A stretch of DNA of 10,585 nucleotides, from NCBI GenBank assembly GCA_052386995.1, contig JBQTJP010000108.1, positions 1 through 10,585 on the forward strand. Direction: 5' to 3'. Shown here piece after piece: positions 1 to 7,427 of this stretch (within the stretch, counting starts at the first letter, position 1; every line of letters begins with the position of its first letter). Origin of the DNA: Armatimonadota bacterium. GTDB lineage: Bacteria > Sysuimicrobiota > Sysuimicrobiia > Sysuimicrobiales > Humicultoraceae. A program made the position numbers and the translations under genes. The notes under the pieces were generated by a model. The model did not search any database. It saw only the letters and a program-made list of their open reading frames with translations, and was not told the DNA's origin.

Positions 1-31
1 CGCTGCCACCGTGTAGGCGTCTGCTCGACGG

Positions 32-541
32 TCAACGCCGCTTGGGATGAGCCACGAAGAACTCCCACATCACATCGGTCGCCGAAATGTCGTTCGTCGG
101 CTCATCGCCGGCGAGACCGCCGAAAGACCGCTGTACCACATCTTGAACCGCTTCGCCGGGTCTGGTTCACCCTCATCGCGTATGACGTGTGGCGTTTCCA
201 CATGGCGGTCGTCCCAGGCGCCCGACCCTCCCAGGGGGACGAGTTCGAAGGCGAGATTACTCCACCGCAGACCGTCGGGGGAATCCGCGTATCCAATTCG
301 CGCCGCGGGACCGCCCTGTGGCCCCACGCCCACATAGCCGAACCACATACGGTACCGCTGCCGGGCAGGGTCGAACAGGATACTCGGGTCGGCGGCAATT
401 GCCCGATCGTCCGGCACCCGCAGGACGGGATTTAGACGGATATCGTACCCATTCGCCCGACCCTCGGATGGATGGCATCGATGCGGTCTGTGCGGTCACG
501 CAGGCGAAGGCGATGAAGAGCAGGACGGAGAATTTCCTCAT
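32..541 (-). pseudogene. Disrupted/chimeric gene: secreted five-bladed beta-propeller glycoside hydrolase-like N-terminus (GH43/GH32/GH130-like), frameshifted at 431-433 and joined near 110-135 to an out-of-frame esterase-like C-terminal tail
   Basis: ATG at 541 is preceded by an SD-like GAGGTG (551-556) and followed by a signal-like MRKFSVLLFIAFACVTAQTA. Removing one base from the TTT at 431-433 joins ORF 257..553 to ORF 70..417 and gives WVRYPSNPVL-..-ADPSILFD-..-YRMWF-..-IGYADSPDGLRW-..-WDDRHVETPHVI-..-FKMWYSG, typical propeller blade motifs. That frame stops at 70 after fewer than 2 blades. A third frame (124->32) reads FGGLAGDEPTNDISATDVMWEFFVAHPKRR*. Confidence 0.7.
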
Positions 542-614
542 GTGTGGACTCACCTCTGCCTGATACTATGCCCATGCCCGCTCCCCGTTTCATTTACACT
601 GCTGGATGCTCACG

Positions 615-644
615 TTGACACCCCTAATCGGCCCATGCTAGGTT
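615..644 (+). promoter_or_regulatory. Sigma70/SigA-type promoter for the lysA operon
   Basis: Perfect -35 TTGACA (615-620), 18-bp spacer, and extended -10 TG-c-TAGGTT (636-644), in a lower-GC divergent intergenic region. Confidence 0.65.
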
Positions 645-654
645 GGCATAGATC

Positions 655-1995
655 ATGACGATCCCCGAACGCCACGGGTTTACGGTCGACCGCCGCGGCC
701 ACCTCATGATTGGCGGCATCAACGCCGCCGACCTCGCCCAACGCTACGGCACACCCCTGCACGTGATTGATGAAGGCTGCATGCGGGCGAACTGCCGCGC
801 GTATCTCCAGGCCCTTCAGACCTATTATCCTGGGCCCAACCACGTCCTGTACGGCAGCAAGGCGCTGTGCATCATGGCGACATGCCAGGTTGCGCATGAG
901 GAAGGCCTCGGGCTCGACGTCGTGAGCGCGGGGGAGATCCACACGGCCCTGCGGGCGGGCGTTCCCGCGGCCGCGCTCCACTTTCACGGCAGCAATAAGA
1001 CGCCAGACGAGATCGCCTACGCGCTTGAGGTGGGGGTCGGGCGCTTCATGGTCGACAACGAGCGCGAGCTGACCTGGCTCGATCGGCTCGCGCGCGAACG
1101 CGGCCGGCAGGCCGATGTACTCCTGCGCGTTACGCCGGGCATCGAGCCGCACACGCATAAGGCGATCCAGACCGGTGGTGTCGACTCCAAGTTCGGTTTC
1201 GGACTCCTTGGGCCATCCGCGGAACAGGCGGTGGGTGCGGCCTTGAACGCGACCGGCCTGCGCCTGCGCGGGCTGCACTGCCATATCGGCTCACAGATTT
1301 TTGAACTCGAGCCTTTTCTTCTCGCCGCCCACGCCGTCATCGCCTTCGCGGCAGAGATGCGCGGACGGGGGTTTGTGCTCGAAGAGCTCAACCTGGGCGG
1401 CGGCCTGGGCATCCGCTATCTTGCCGATGATGAGCCGCCGACCCCGGCGGCCTACATCGAGGCGCTCACCGGAAGGGTTACCGAGCTCCTCGCCCGCTAT
1501 GACATCGCGGCCCCGACCCTGCTCGTGGAGCCCGGACGCTCGATCGTGGGCAACGCCGGCATCACGCTCTACACGGCGGGCGCCATCAAGGCCGTCCCCG
1601 GCGTGCGCACGTTCATCTCCGTGGACGGCGGGATGTATGAGAATCCCCGGCCCGCGCTCTACGGCGCCCGCTATCAGGCCGTCGTGGCCACCCGGGCCGC
1701 GGATGCGCCGATGCAGCGCGCGACGGTCGCGGGGCGCTGCTGCGAATCCGGCGACGTGCTCATCTGGGACGCCGACCTGCCGGAGGTTCGGGAGGGCGAT
1801 ACGCTCGCGGTGTTCGCGACGGGCGCATACACGTACGCGATGGCGGGCAATTACAATAGGTTTCCTCGTCCCGCGGTGGTGTTCGTACGGGACGGATCCG
1901 CGCAGGTCGCGGTCGAGCGCGAGACGCTGGACGACCTCGTCCGGCTCGACCGCCCGTTGGTGCGGCCGGCCACCGGCACGCCGATCTCCCGTTGA
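655..1995 (+). CDS. lysA: Diaminopimelate decarboxylase
   Basis: 446 aa with YGTPLHV, the PLP-lysine motif YGSKA, DVVSAGE, SKFG, HCHIGSQ, LNLGGG, EPGRS, GRCCESGD and GAY..NYN. Confidence 0.96.
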   Translation: MTIPERHGFTVDRRGHLMIGGINAADLAQRYGTPLHVIDEGCMRANCRAYLQALQTYYPGPNHVLYGSKALCIMATCQVAHEEGLGLDVVSAGEIHTALRAGVPAAALHFHGSNKTPDEIAYALEVGVGRFMVDNERELTWLDRLARERGRQADVLLRVTPGIEPHTHKAIQTGGVDSKFGFGLLGPSAEQAVGAALNATGLRLRGLHCHIGSQIFELEPFLLAAHAVIAFAAEMRGRGFVLEELNLGGGLGIRYLADDEPPTPAAYIEALTGRVTELLARYDIAAPTLLVEPGRSIVGNAGITLYTAGAIKAVPGVRTFISVDGGMYENPRPALYGARYQAVVATRAADAPMQRATVAGRCCESGDVLIWDADLPEVREGDTLAVFATGAYTYAMAGNYNRFPRPAVVFVRDGSAQVAVERETLDDLVRLDRPLVRPATGTPISR

Positions 1996-2612
1996 TGCGA
2001 GGTTTTTCGCTTGAGGCCCTGCTGATCAGCGTGCCGGCGATCCTCATCGCCGTCACGGTGCACGAGTTCGCGCACGCCTTGATCGCCGACCGACTGGGAG
2101 ACTCGACGGCGCGCACGCTTGGCCGCCTGTCGCTCAATCCTATCGTGCACCTCGACCTGCTGGGGACGGTCCTGTTCGTCGTCGCGGGCTTCGGGTGGGC
2201 GAAGCCGGTGCCGGTGAATCCGCGCAACTTCACGAACTGGCGCCAGGGGATGATGCTCGTAGCGGCGGCCGGCCCACTGGCCAATATCACACTCATGTTC
2301 ATCCTCGGCTTGGTGTTCCAACTCGGCCTGATCGAACGGCGGACGGTGCCCGGGCTGATCGTGCTGACGACGATACATATCAACGCGATCCTGGCGATCT
2401 TCAACCTGCTGCCGATTCCTCCGCTCGATGGCTCGAAGATTCTTGCCGGGCTCCTGCCGCCAGCGCAGGCGATCGCCTACGACCGGCTGGCGGCTTACGG
2501 ACCGGTGCTCCTGCTTCTGCTGCTCGTGCTCGCCCCGGGCCTCATCAGCGGGTTGGTGCTGCCGCCGGTCAACTGGCTGGTGACGCAGGCAATCGGCGCG
2601 GGGTCGCCCTGA
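1995..2612 (+). CDS. Site-2 protease family (peptidase M50) intramembrane zinc metalloprotease
   Basis: HEFAH (HExxH), GRLSLNP, GWAKPVPVNP, AAGPLAN and FNLLPIPPLDG motifs, with multiple hydrophobic segments. ATG at 1995 overlaps the lysA stop (TGATG). Confidence 0.93.
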   Translation: MRGFSLEALLISVPAILIAVTVHEFAHALIADRLGDSTARTLGRLSLNPIVHLDLLGTVLFVVAGFGWAKPVPVNPRNFTNWRQGMMLVAAAGPLANITLMFILGLVFQLGLIERRTVPGLIVLTTIHINAILAIFNLLPIPPLDGSKILAGLLPPAQAIAYDRLAAYGPVLLLLLLVLAPGLISGLVLPPVNWLVTQAIGAGSP

Positions 2613-3409
2613 TGGAACCAGGACCCCGCCGCGACCCGGGAGCGCGACAGTCCTCGACGAAGGATCAGCAGAGCCAGTCCGCGGCTCCGGTGGCGCGCGC
2701 CGCCGGATACACCGTCAGGGTTCCCGGATTTGAAGGACCGCTGGATCTCCTGCTCACGCTCGCCCATCAGGGCAAGATCGATCTGACCGCGATTCCCCTG
2801 GCCGACCTGGCGCGGGACTTCCTCGATCGCACCAAGCAAGCGCTCGACCTCACCGAGGCGACCGAGACGCTGTGGATGCTGGCCACGCTGGTAGAGATGA
2901 AGACCAAGCTCCTGCTGCCAAAGCCTCCACCGCCGGAGCCCCTGCCCGAGATCGGAGAGGGCGATCTGGCCGAGCGAATGGAGGACCGGCTGGCTGAATA
3001 CAGGGTCTTCCGGGAGGCCGCGGACGCGTTGCGCGCCCTCGAAGAGCTGCAGCAGCGCATCTTCGTGCGCTCGCCGGACGATCCACCGGTCGAGCTGCTC
3101 CTCGAAGGTGTCACGCTGGACGATCTGTTTCATGCCTTTCAGGACGTCTTGACCCGAGCCCGCCGCAACAAGGCCGCCGAGGTGGCCGACGAGCCGGTGC
3201 ATGTGGCCGACCGCATGGCGGCCATTCTTGCCGCGCTGGCACGGACGCCGCAGGGCATCGCGTTTCGCGACCTGTTTCCTACTCGGGTGTCGACCGTGTT
3301 CATCGTGGCGACGTTTGTCGCGCTGCTCGAGCTCATCAAAGAGCGGAAGGTGCGCGCGCAGCAAGCGTCCCCAATGGCGCCCATTCTCATCATGGCGGTT
3401 CGGGCGTGA
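2612..3409 (+). CDS. scpA: Segregation and condensation protein A (SMC kleisin)
   Basis: FEGPLDLLL..KIDL N-terminal motif, LATLVEMKTKLLLP, and C-terminal IVATFVALLELIK. Start moved from 2195 to the ATG at 2612, which overlaps the upstream stop (TGATG). Confidence 0.93.
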   Translation: MEPGPRRDPGARQSSTKDQQSQSAAPVARAAGYTVRVPGFEGPLDLLLTLAHQGKIDLTAIPLADLARDFLDRTKQALDLTEATETLWMLATLVEMKTKLLLPKPPPPEPLPEIGEGDLAERMEDRLAEYRVFREAADALRALEELQQRIFVRSPDDPPVELLLEGVTLDDLFHAFQDVLTRARRNKAAEVADEPVHVADRMAAILAALARTPQGIAFRDLFPTRVSTVFIVATFVALLELIKERKVRAQQASPMAPILIMAVRA

Positions 3410-4023
3410 GGCCAGATCAGGCCGCTCCGGCGGGCACGGGGATCCCCGCGGCCGAGGTATCCGAGCACGCGCCCGAGGATTCGCGCGACGCGCAGCTCTA
3501 CGAACTGGCAGCCAAGATCGAGAGCGTGCTCTTTGTCGCCGGCGGCCCGGTTTCGGTGAGCCGGCTGGCCGAGGCGGTGGAGGCAGGGGCGCCGGCGGTC
3601 ACCCGCGCGCTTGACTACCTGCGCGAGCACCGGGGCATTGGTCTATTGTTGCAGGCGGTCGCGGGCGGTTACCAACTCGGCACGCGACCCGAGCACGCGG
3701 AGATCGTCCGCCGGTTCTTGCAGAGCGAGCACGGCGAGTCGCTGACCAAAGGTGCCCTGGAGGTGCTGGCCATTATCGCCTACCGACAACCTGCCACGCG
3801 CGGAGATATCGAGCAGATCCGCGGCAGCCGGAGCGATTGGCACATCGAGCGGCTGCTCGAGCGGCAGTTGATTCGCGAGACCGGCCGGCGGCCGACGGTC
3901 GGCCGGCCCATGCTCTTTGCCACCACCGAGCTCTTCCTGCGGTACTTCGGGCTGCGCGACCTGTCCGAGCTCCCCCCGATGGGGGCGGGTGGCGTCCAGG
4001 CACTGCTCGACACGGTTCGGTAA
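3406..4023 (+). CDS. scpB: Segregation and condensation protein B
   Basis: IESVLFVAGGPVS, VAGGYQLGTRPE, ALEVLAIIAYRQPATRGDIEQIRG and GRPMLFATTELFLRYFGL..LSELP. GTGA overlap with scpA. Confidence 0.95.
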   Translation: MRPDQAAPAGTGIPAAEVSEHAPEDSRDAQLYELAAKIESVLFVAGGPVSVSRLAEAVEAGAPAVTRALDYLREHRGIGLLLQAVAGGYQLGTRPEHAEIVRRFLQSEHGESLTKGALEVLAIIAYRQPATRGDIEQIRGSRSDWHIERLLERQLIRETGRRPTVGRPMLFATTELFLRYFGLRDLSELPPMGAGGVQALLDTVR

Positions 4024-5123
4024 TGCGCGACGCCGCACGGTCTATGCGCTCGGCGGTCGCGCTCGTCGCTGTCCTCTTGATTGCGTCCGGCGGCGCGTCT
4101 GGGGCCTCCCGAAAGCGCGCCGATCCAAAGCCGGTCACGCCCGCTGCATCCATCGTGATGGACGTCAAGACCGGAGCGGTGCTCTCGGCGAGCGAGATCC
4201 ACCGCCGGTGGCCGCCGGCCTCAACGACCAAAATCCTCTCGGCAATACTGGTGATCGAGCGGCTGCCACTCGACCGCCTCGTACCGATCAGCGAGCGCGC
4301 GGCGGCGCAGCGCAACGGGTCGGCCATCGGGCTCGAAGTGGGCGAGCAGTGGCTGGTGAGCGACCTGCTATCGGCCATGATGGTGCGATCTGCCAACGAC
4401 GCCGCCGTGGCGCTGGCCGAGGCGGCCGCCGGGAGCGTCGAGCGGTTCGCCGAAGAGATGAACGCGCGGGCCGTCCGTCTGGGCGCGCGCAACACCCATT
4501 TCACGAATCCCCACGGCCTTCACGACCCCAAGCATTTCACGACTGCCTACGATCTGGCGCTGATCACGCGATACGCGCTGCGCCATCCGACGTTCGCCCG
4601 GCTCGCGAGCACGCAGGTCTGGGTGCTTGCGCGGGCCGACAGGCCGCAGCAGGAGTACGTCAACAGCAACAAGTTCCTCGGCCGCTACATCGGCGCCAAC
4701 GGGGTGAAGACCGGCTGGACGGCGGCCTCGGGGCCGTGTCTGGTGGCTTCGGCGACACGCGGCAAATGGCAACTGTTGTCAGTCGTCCTGAACAGCGCCA
4801 GCAGCCAGCACATGTACCGGGATAGCGAAGGGCTGCTCGAGCACGCTTTCCAATCGTTTCATCTGTTGCGCGTGGCGCAGCAGGGGGAGTCCATGGCGAT
4901 GGTCACGCTCGGCCGTCCGAACGCGCAGGTTCCCGCGATTGTCCCCGCCGACGTGCATGCCGTGGTCAAGAACGGGGCGAAGGTGACCTCTCGCGTCATG
5001 GTCCGGACCGACCTGCGGCCCCCGATCGAGGCCGGCGAGCGGGTGGGCGACGTGGTGTTCCTCAACGGGCATACCGTCGTCGCGCGGTCGGTCCTCATCG
5101 CCGCGCGAACGGTCAGGCGTTGA
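4023..5123 (+). CDS. D-alanyl-D-alanine carboxypeptidase (peptidase S11, DacB/DacF-like)
   Basis: Signal-like N-terminus, PASTTK (SxxK), SAND (SxN), FTNPHGL, GVKTG (KTG) and a PBP5-like C-terminal region. ATG at 4023 overlaps the scpB stop (TAATG); ATG at 4044 is an alternative start. Confidence 0.92.
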   Translation: MRDAARSMRSAVALVAVLLIASGGASGASRKRADPKPVTPAASIVMDVKTGAVLSASEIHRRWPPASTTKILSAILVIERLPLDRLVPISERAAAQRNGSAIGLEVGEQWLVSDLLSAMMVRSANDAAVALAEAAAGSVERFAEEMNARAVRLGARNTHFTNPHGLHDPKHFTTAYDLALITRYALRHPTFARLASTQVWVLARADRPQQEYVNSNKFLGRYIGANGVKTGWTAASGPCLVASATRGKWQLLSVVLNSASSQHMYRDSEGLLEHAFQSFHLLRVAQQGESMAMVTLGRPNAQVPAIVPADVHAVVKNGAKVTSRVMVRTDLRPPIEAGERVGDVVFLNGHTVVARSVLIAARTVRR

Positions 5124-5157
5124 GAACAGTGGCGGCGCCGGCGGCCGGCTCGGCACC

Positions 5158-5742
5158 GTGAGGGCGGAGCGCGCGAAGTGGGAGACGAAGTATCGGGCGC
5201 GCGAGTACAGCCACGATGGTCCTCCCTCAGACCTGCTGCGGAGGTGGATTCGATCCCTGCCGCGGGGGCGCGCGCTCGATGTGGCCGCGGGCCTCGGACG
5301 CAACGCGATGTTTCTCGCCCGCGCTGGATACACAGTCGACGCGGTCGATATCTCGCCCACCGGGCTGCGTGAGGCGCGGCGTCGTGCCCGGCGGCGGCGC
5401 CTGCGCGTCCGATGGATCGAAGCCGATCTCGACACCTACCGCCTGCCGCGGGCCCGCTACGACCTGGTCATCAACATGTTCTTTCTCAAGCGGCGCCTGT
5501 TGAGCGCGCTGAAGTCGGCGGTGCGGCCCGGAGGGGTCATGATCCTGGAAACTCACCTCCAAGACCCCGCGCCCGACGGCGGGCCTAGCCTGCGGCACAG
5601 ACTGCGGCGCGGCGAGTTGCGCCGTCGATTCCGCGGCTGGGACGTGCTGGACTTGGAAGAGGGGGTCTTCCGGGAAGGAGGACGCGCCTGGCTGCTCGGC
5701 CGCATCGTGGCGCAGCGACCCGCAGGCCGGTCATCGCGATAG
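5158..5742 (+). CDS. Class I SAM-dependent methyltransferase (TehB-like small MTase)
   Basis: N-terminal WETKY, ALDVAAGLGRNA (motif I), VDAVDIS (motif II), ADL, YDLVI and VRPGG. Confidence 0.85.
   Translation: MRAERAKWETKYRAREYSHDGPPSDLLRRWIRSLPRGRALDVAAGLGRNAMFLARAGYTVDAVDISPTGLREARRRARRRRLRVRWIEADLDTYRLPRARYDLVINMFFLKRRLLSALKSAVRPGGVMILETHLQDPAPDGGPSLRHRLRRGELRRRFRGWDVLDLEEGVFREGGRAWLLGRIVAQRPAGRSSR
5675..5681 (+). promoter_or_regulatory. Shine-Dalgarno site for cmk, inside the methyltransferase gene
   Basis: AAGGAGG at 5675-5681, 6 nt upstream of a CTG (5688) that is in frame with cmk. Confidence 0.6.
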
Positions 5743-6395
5743 ACGGCCCCCTGGCGTCCGGGAAGTCGACGGTTGCCAGAGGGGTGGCCGCCCGTTTGCA
5801 GTTCGGGTATGTCGACACGGGAGCGATGTACCGATCGGTGGCGCTCGTGGCGATGAGGCGGGGATTGGACCTTGCAAACACCCACGATGTCGCCGCGGTG
5901 GCGGAGTCGCTGGCGATAGCATTCGAAGGTGGTCCCGACGTCCAGCGCGTCATTGTCGACGGTGAGGACGTTACCGACGAGATCCGTACGCCGGCGGTGA
6001 GCGACGGCGCATCCATTGTCAGCGCCGTTCCTGAGGTCCGTGTCGCCATGGTGGCCAGGCAGCGCGCGCTGGGCGCCGCGGGCGGCGTCGTGATGGAAGG
6101 GCGGGACATCGGCACCGTGGTCTTCCCCGACGCCGAGGTGAAGCTCTTCCTGCAAGCGTCACTGGACTCCCGGGCGCGCCGCCGGTATGACGAGCTACGG
6201 GCGCGGGGCATCCAGGTCGACCTCGAAGAGGTCCGGCGCGCTCAAGCCGAGCGGGATCGGCGCGACGCGACCAGGGAGCACTCGCCCATGCGCGCGGCCG
6301 CCGATGCCGTAGTGATCGACACCACGAACCGCACCGTCGACGATGTCGTCGATGCCGTCGTCCGCTTGGTCCGGGAGCGCATCGGTGTGGTATAG
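5688..6395 (+). CDS. cmk: Cytidylate kinase (probable non-canonical CTG start at 5688)
   Basis: The ORF track starts at 5784, but the frame continues upstream through VIAIDGPLASGKST (P-loop, 5730-5771). Also has YVDTGAMYR, VMEGRDIGTVVFPDA and RDRRDATREHSP. Identity is secure; the start position is inferred. Confidence 0.93.
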   Translation: MAARPHRGAATRRPVIAIDGPLASGKSTVARGVAARLQFGYVDTGAMYRSVALVAMRRGLDLANTHDVAAVAESLAIAFEGGPDVQRVIVDGEDVTDEIRTPAVSDGASIVSAVPEVRVAMVARQRALGAAGGVVMEGRDIGTVVFPDAEVKLFLQASLDSRARRRYDELRARGIQVDLEEVRRAQAERDRRDATREHSPMRAAADAVVIDTTNRTVDDVVDAVVRLVRERIGVV

Positions 6396-7065
6396 CTTTT
6401 GGAGGGGACTCTTTGCCCTCTGCTTCTGGTCGCTGTTTCGTCTACGCGTCGAAGGGCGCGAGCACGAACCTTCCCGGGGACCCGTATTGGCCATCTGCAA
6501 CCACGTCAGCGCGGCCGATCCGTTCATCGCCGGTGTGGCGCTCCGCCGGCAGGCGCGGTACATGGCAAAGCAGGAGCTCTTTGAGAATCCCGTGCTCGGA
6601 GGACTGTTGCGATCGGTTGGCTCGTTTCCCGTCCGGCGCGGGCAGGCGGACCGGCAGTCGATCCGCACCGCGCTGCAGGCGCTCGCGAGCGGAGAAGTGC
6701 TCGTCATGTTTCCCGAGGGCACCCGAAGCCCAGACGGCCGCCTGATGCCCGCGGAGCCCGGCGCGGCACTGCTCGCGCTGCGGGCCGGCACGCCCGTCTT
6801 ACCGATGGCCGTGAGCGGGACCCAGCGAGCCATGCCCAAGGGGAGGATCATTCCGAAGCGCATCGAGGTAGTCGTCCGCATCGGGCCCCCTATGGCTGTC
6901 CCTAAGGCGGAGGGGCGGATCGAGCGCGCCGAGCTGGACGCGTGGGGGCGGCGGTTCATGGCCGCCATTGCCGAGCTTCTTCCGCCAGACCAGCAGCCCG
7001 CGCCCGACGATAAGTCTGCGGACTCACCCCCCGACCCCCGCACGGCGCGCACTCTCTCGGACTAA
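6385..7065 (+). CDS. plsC: 1-acyl-sn-glycerol-3-phosphate acyltransferase
   Basis: NHVSAAD (HX4D), YMAKQELF, FPVRRG and FPEGTRS. GTG at 6385 follows GGGAG (6373-6377) and overlaps the end of cmk. cmk-plsC is a known gene pairing. Confidence 0.9.
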   Translation: MWYSFWRGLFALCFWSLFRLRVEGREHEPSRGPVLAICNHVSAADPFIAGVALRRQARYMAKQELFENPVLGGLLRSVGSFPVRRGQADRQSIRTALQALASGEVLVMFPEGTRSPDGRLMPAEPGAALLALRAGTPVLPMAVSGTQRAMPKGRIIPKRIEVVVRIGPPMAVPKAEGRIERAELDAWGRRFMAAIAELLPPDQQPAPDDKSADSPPDPRTARTLSD

Positions 7066-7176
7066 AACCGGCTCTATCTGTGCATACAGAGCCCGCTAGG
7101 GCTTACGAGTACATTCCAGACTTCACGTGTGCTCATTAGAGCAGAGAACCGCAAACCCGTGCGGACAACACAGGCC

Positions 7177-7425
7177 ATGGCGCAGCCGATCATCCTGACG
7201 GTCCAGGAGGTCGCGGCGTATCTCCGGCTGCACGCCGTCACGGTGTACCGGATGGCGCAGAGTGGCGATCTCCCGGCCTTCCGGGTCGGGCGCCGGTGGC
7301 GCTTCAGGCGGGAGCAGATCGAGCAGTGGATGGCCGACCATCAGGCCGCCGGTGCGGCGACAGGCTCCCAGGCAGACGGCGCCGGCCGGGCGCGGCCGGA
7401 TCGTCCACGGAGCGGGCGGAGGTAG
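7177..7425 (+). CDS. Excisionase-family / HTH_17 (BldC-like, MerR-type) small DNA-binding protein
   Basis: ILTVQEVAAYLRLHAVTVYRMAQSGDLPAFRVGRRWRFRREQIEQWM matches the stand-alone Xis-like HTH pattern, followed by a low-complexity Ala/Gly/Arg tail. ATG at 7177 is preferred; GTG at 7129 or 7159 is possible. Confidence 0.88.
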   Translation: MAQPIILTVQEVAAYLRLHAVTVYRMAQSGDLPAFRVGRRWRFRREQIEQWMADHQAAGAATGSQADGAGRARPDRPRSGRR

Positions 7426-7427
7426 TC

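Noticed and set aside
47..563. Plus-strand short ORFs 47..337, 187..435 and 189..563
   Set aside because: They are antisense to the propeller pseudogene and have no motifs or RBS.
2195..2611. Long N-terminal extensions in the ORF track for scpA (2195), the carboxypeptidase (3837), plsC (6343) and pilB (7296)
   Set aside because: They overlap real upstream genes and look like off-frame sequence. Better starts with stop/start overlaps or SD sites exist at 2612, 4023, 6385 and 7428.
5158..6395. Methyltransferase-Cmk fusion by programmed frameshift
   Set aside because: No slippery sequence is evident in the overlap, the MTase has a natural-looking C-terminus, and the SD+CTG start explains cmk more simply.
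7066..7176. Possible c-di-GMP-I (GEMM) riboswitch, suggested by GCAAACC upstream of pilus genes
   Set aside because: No GNRA-capped P2 stem or downstream GACGCAAAGC-like segment is visible, and there is no expression platform. An Rfam scan would settle it.
7177..7425. Prophage or ICE boundary suggested by the excisionase-like gene
   Set aside because: No integrase, tRNA, att-like repeat or phage genes, and no evident compositional shift. The gene is tightly coupled to pilB.
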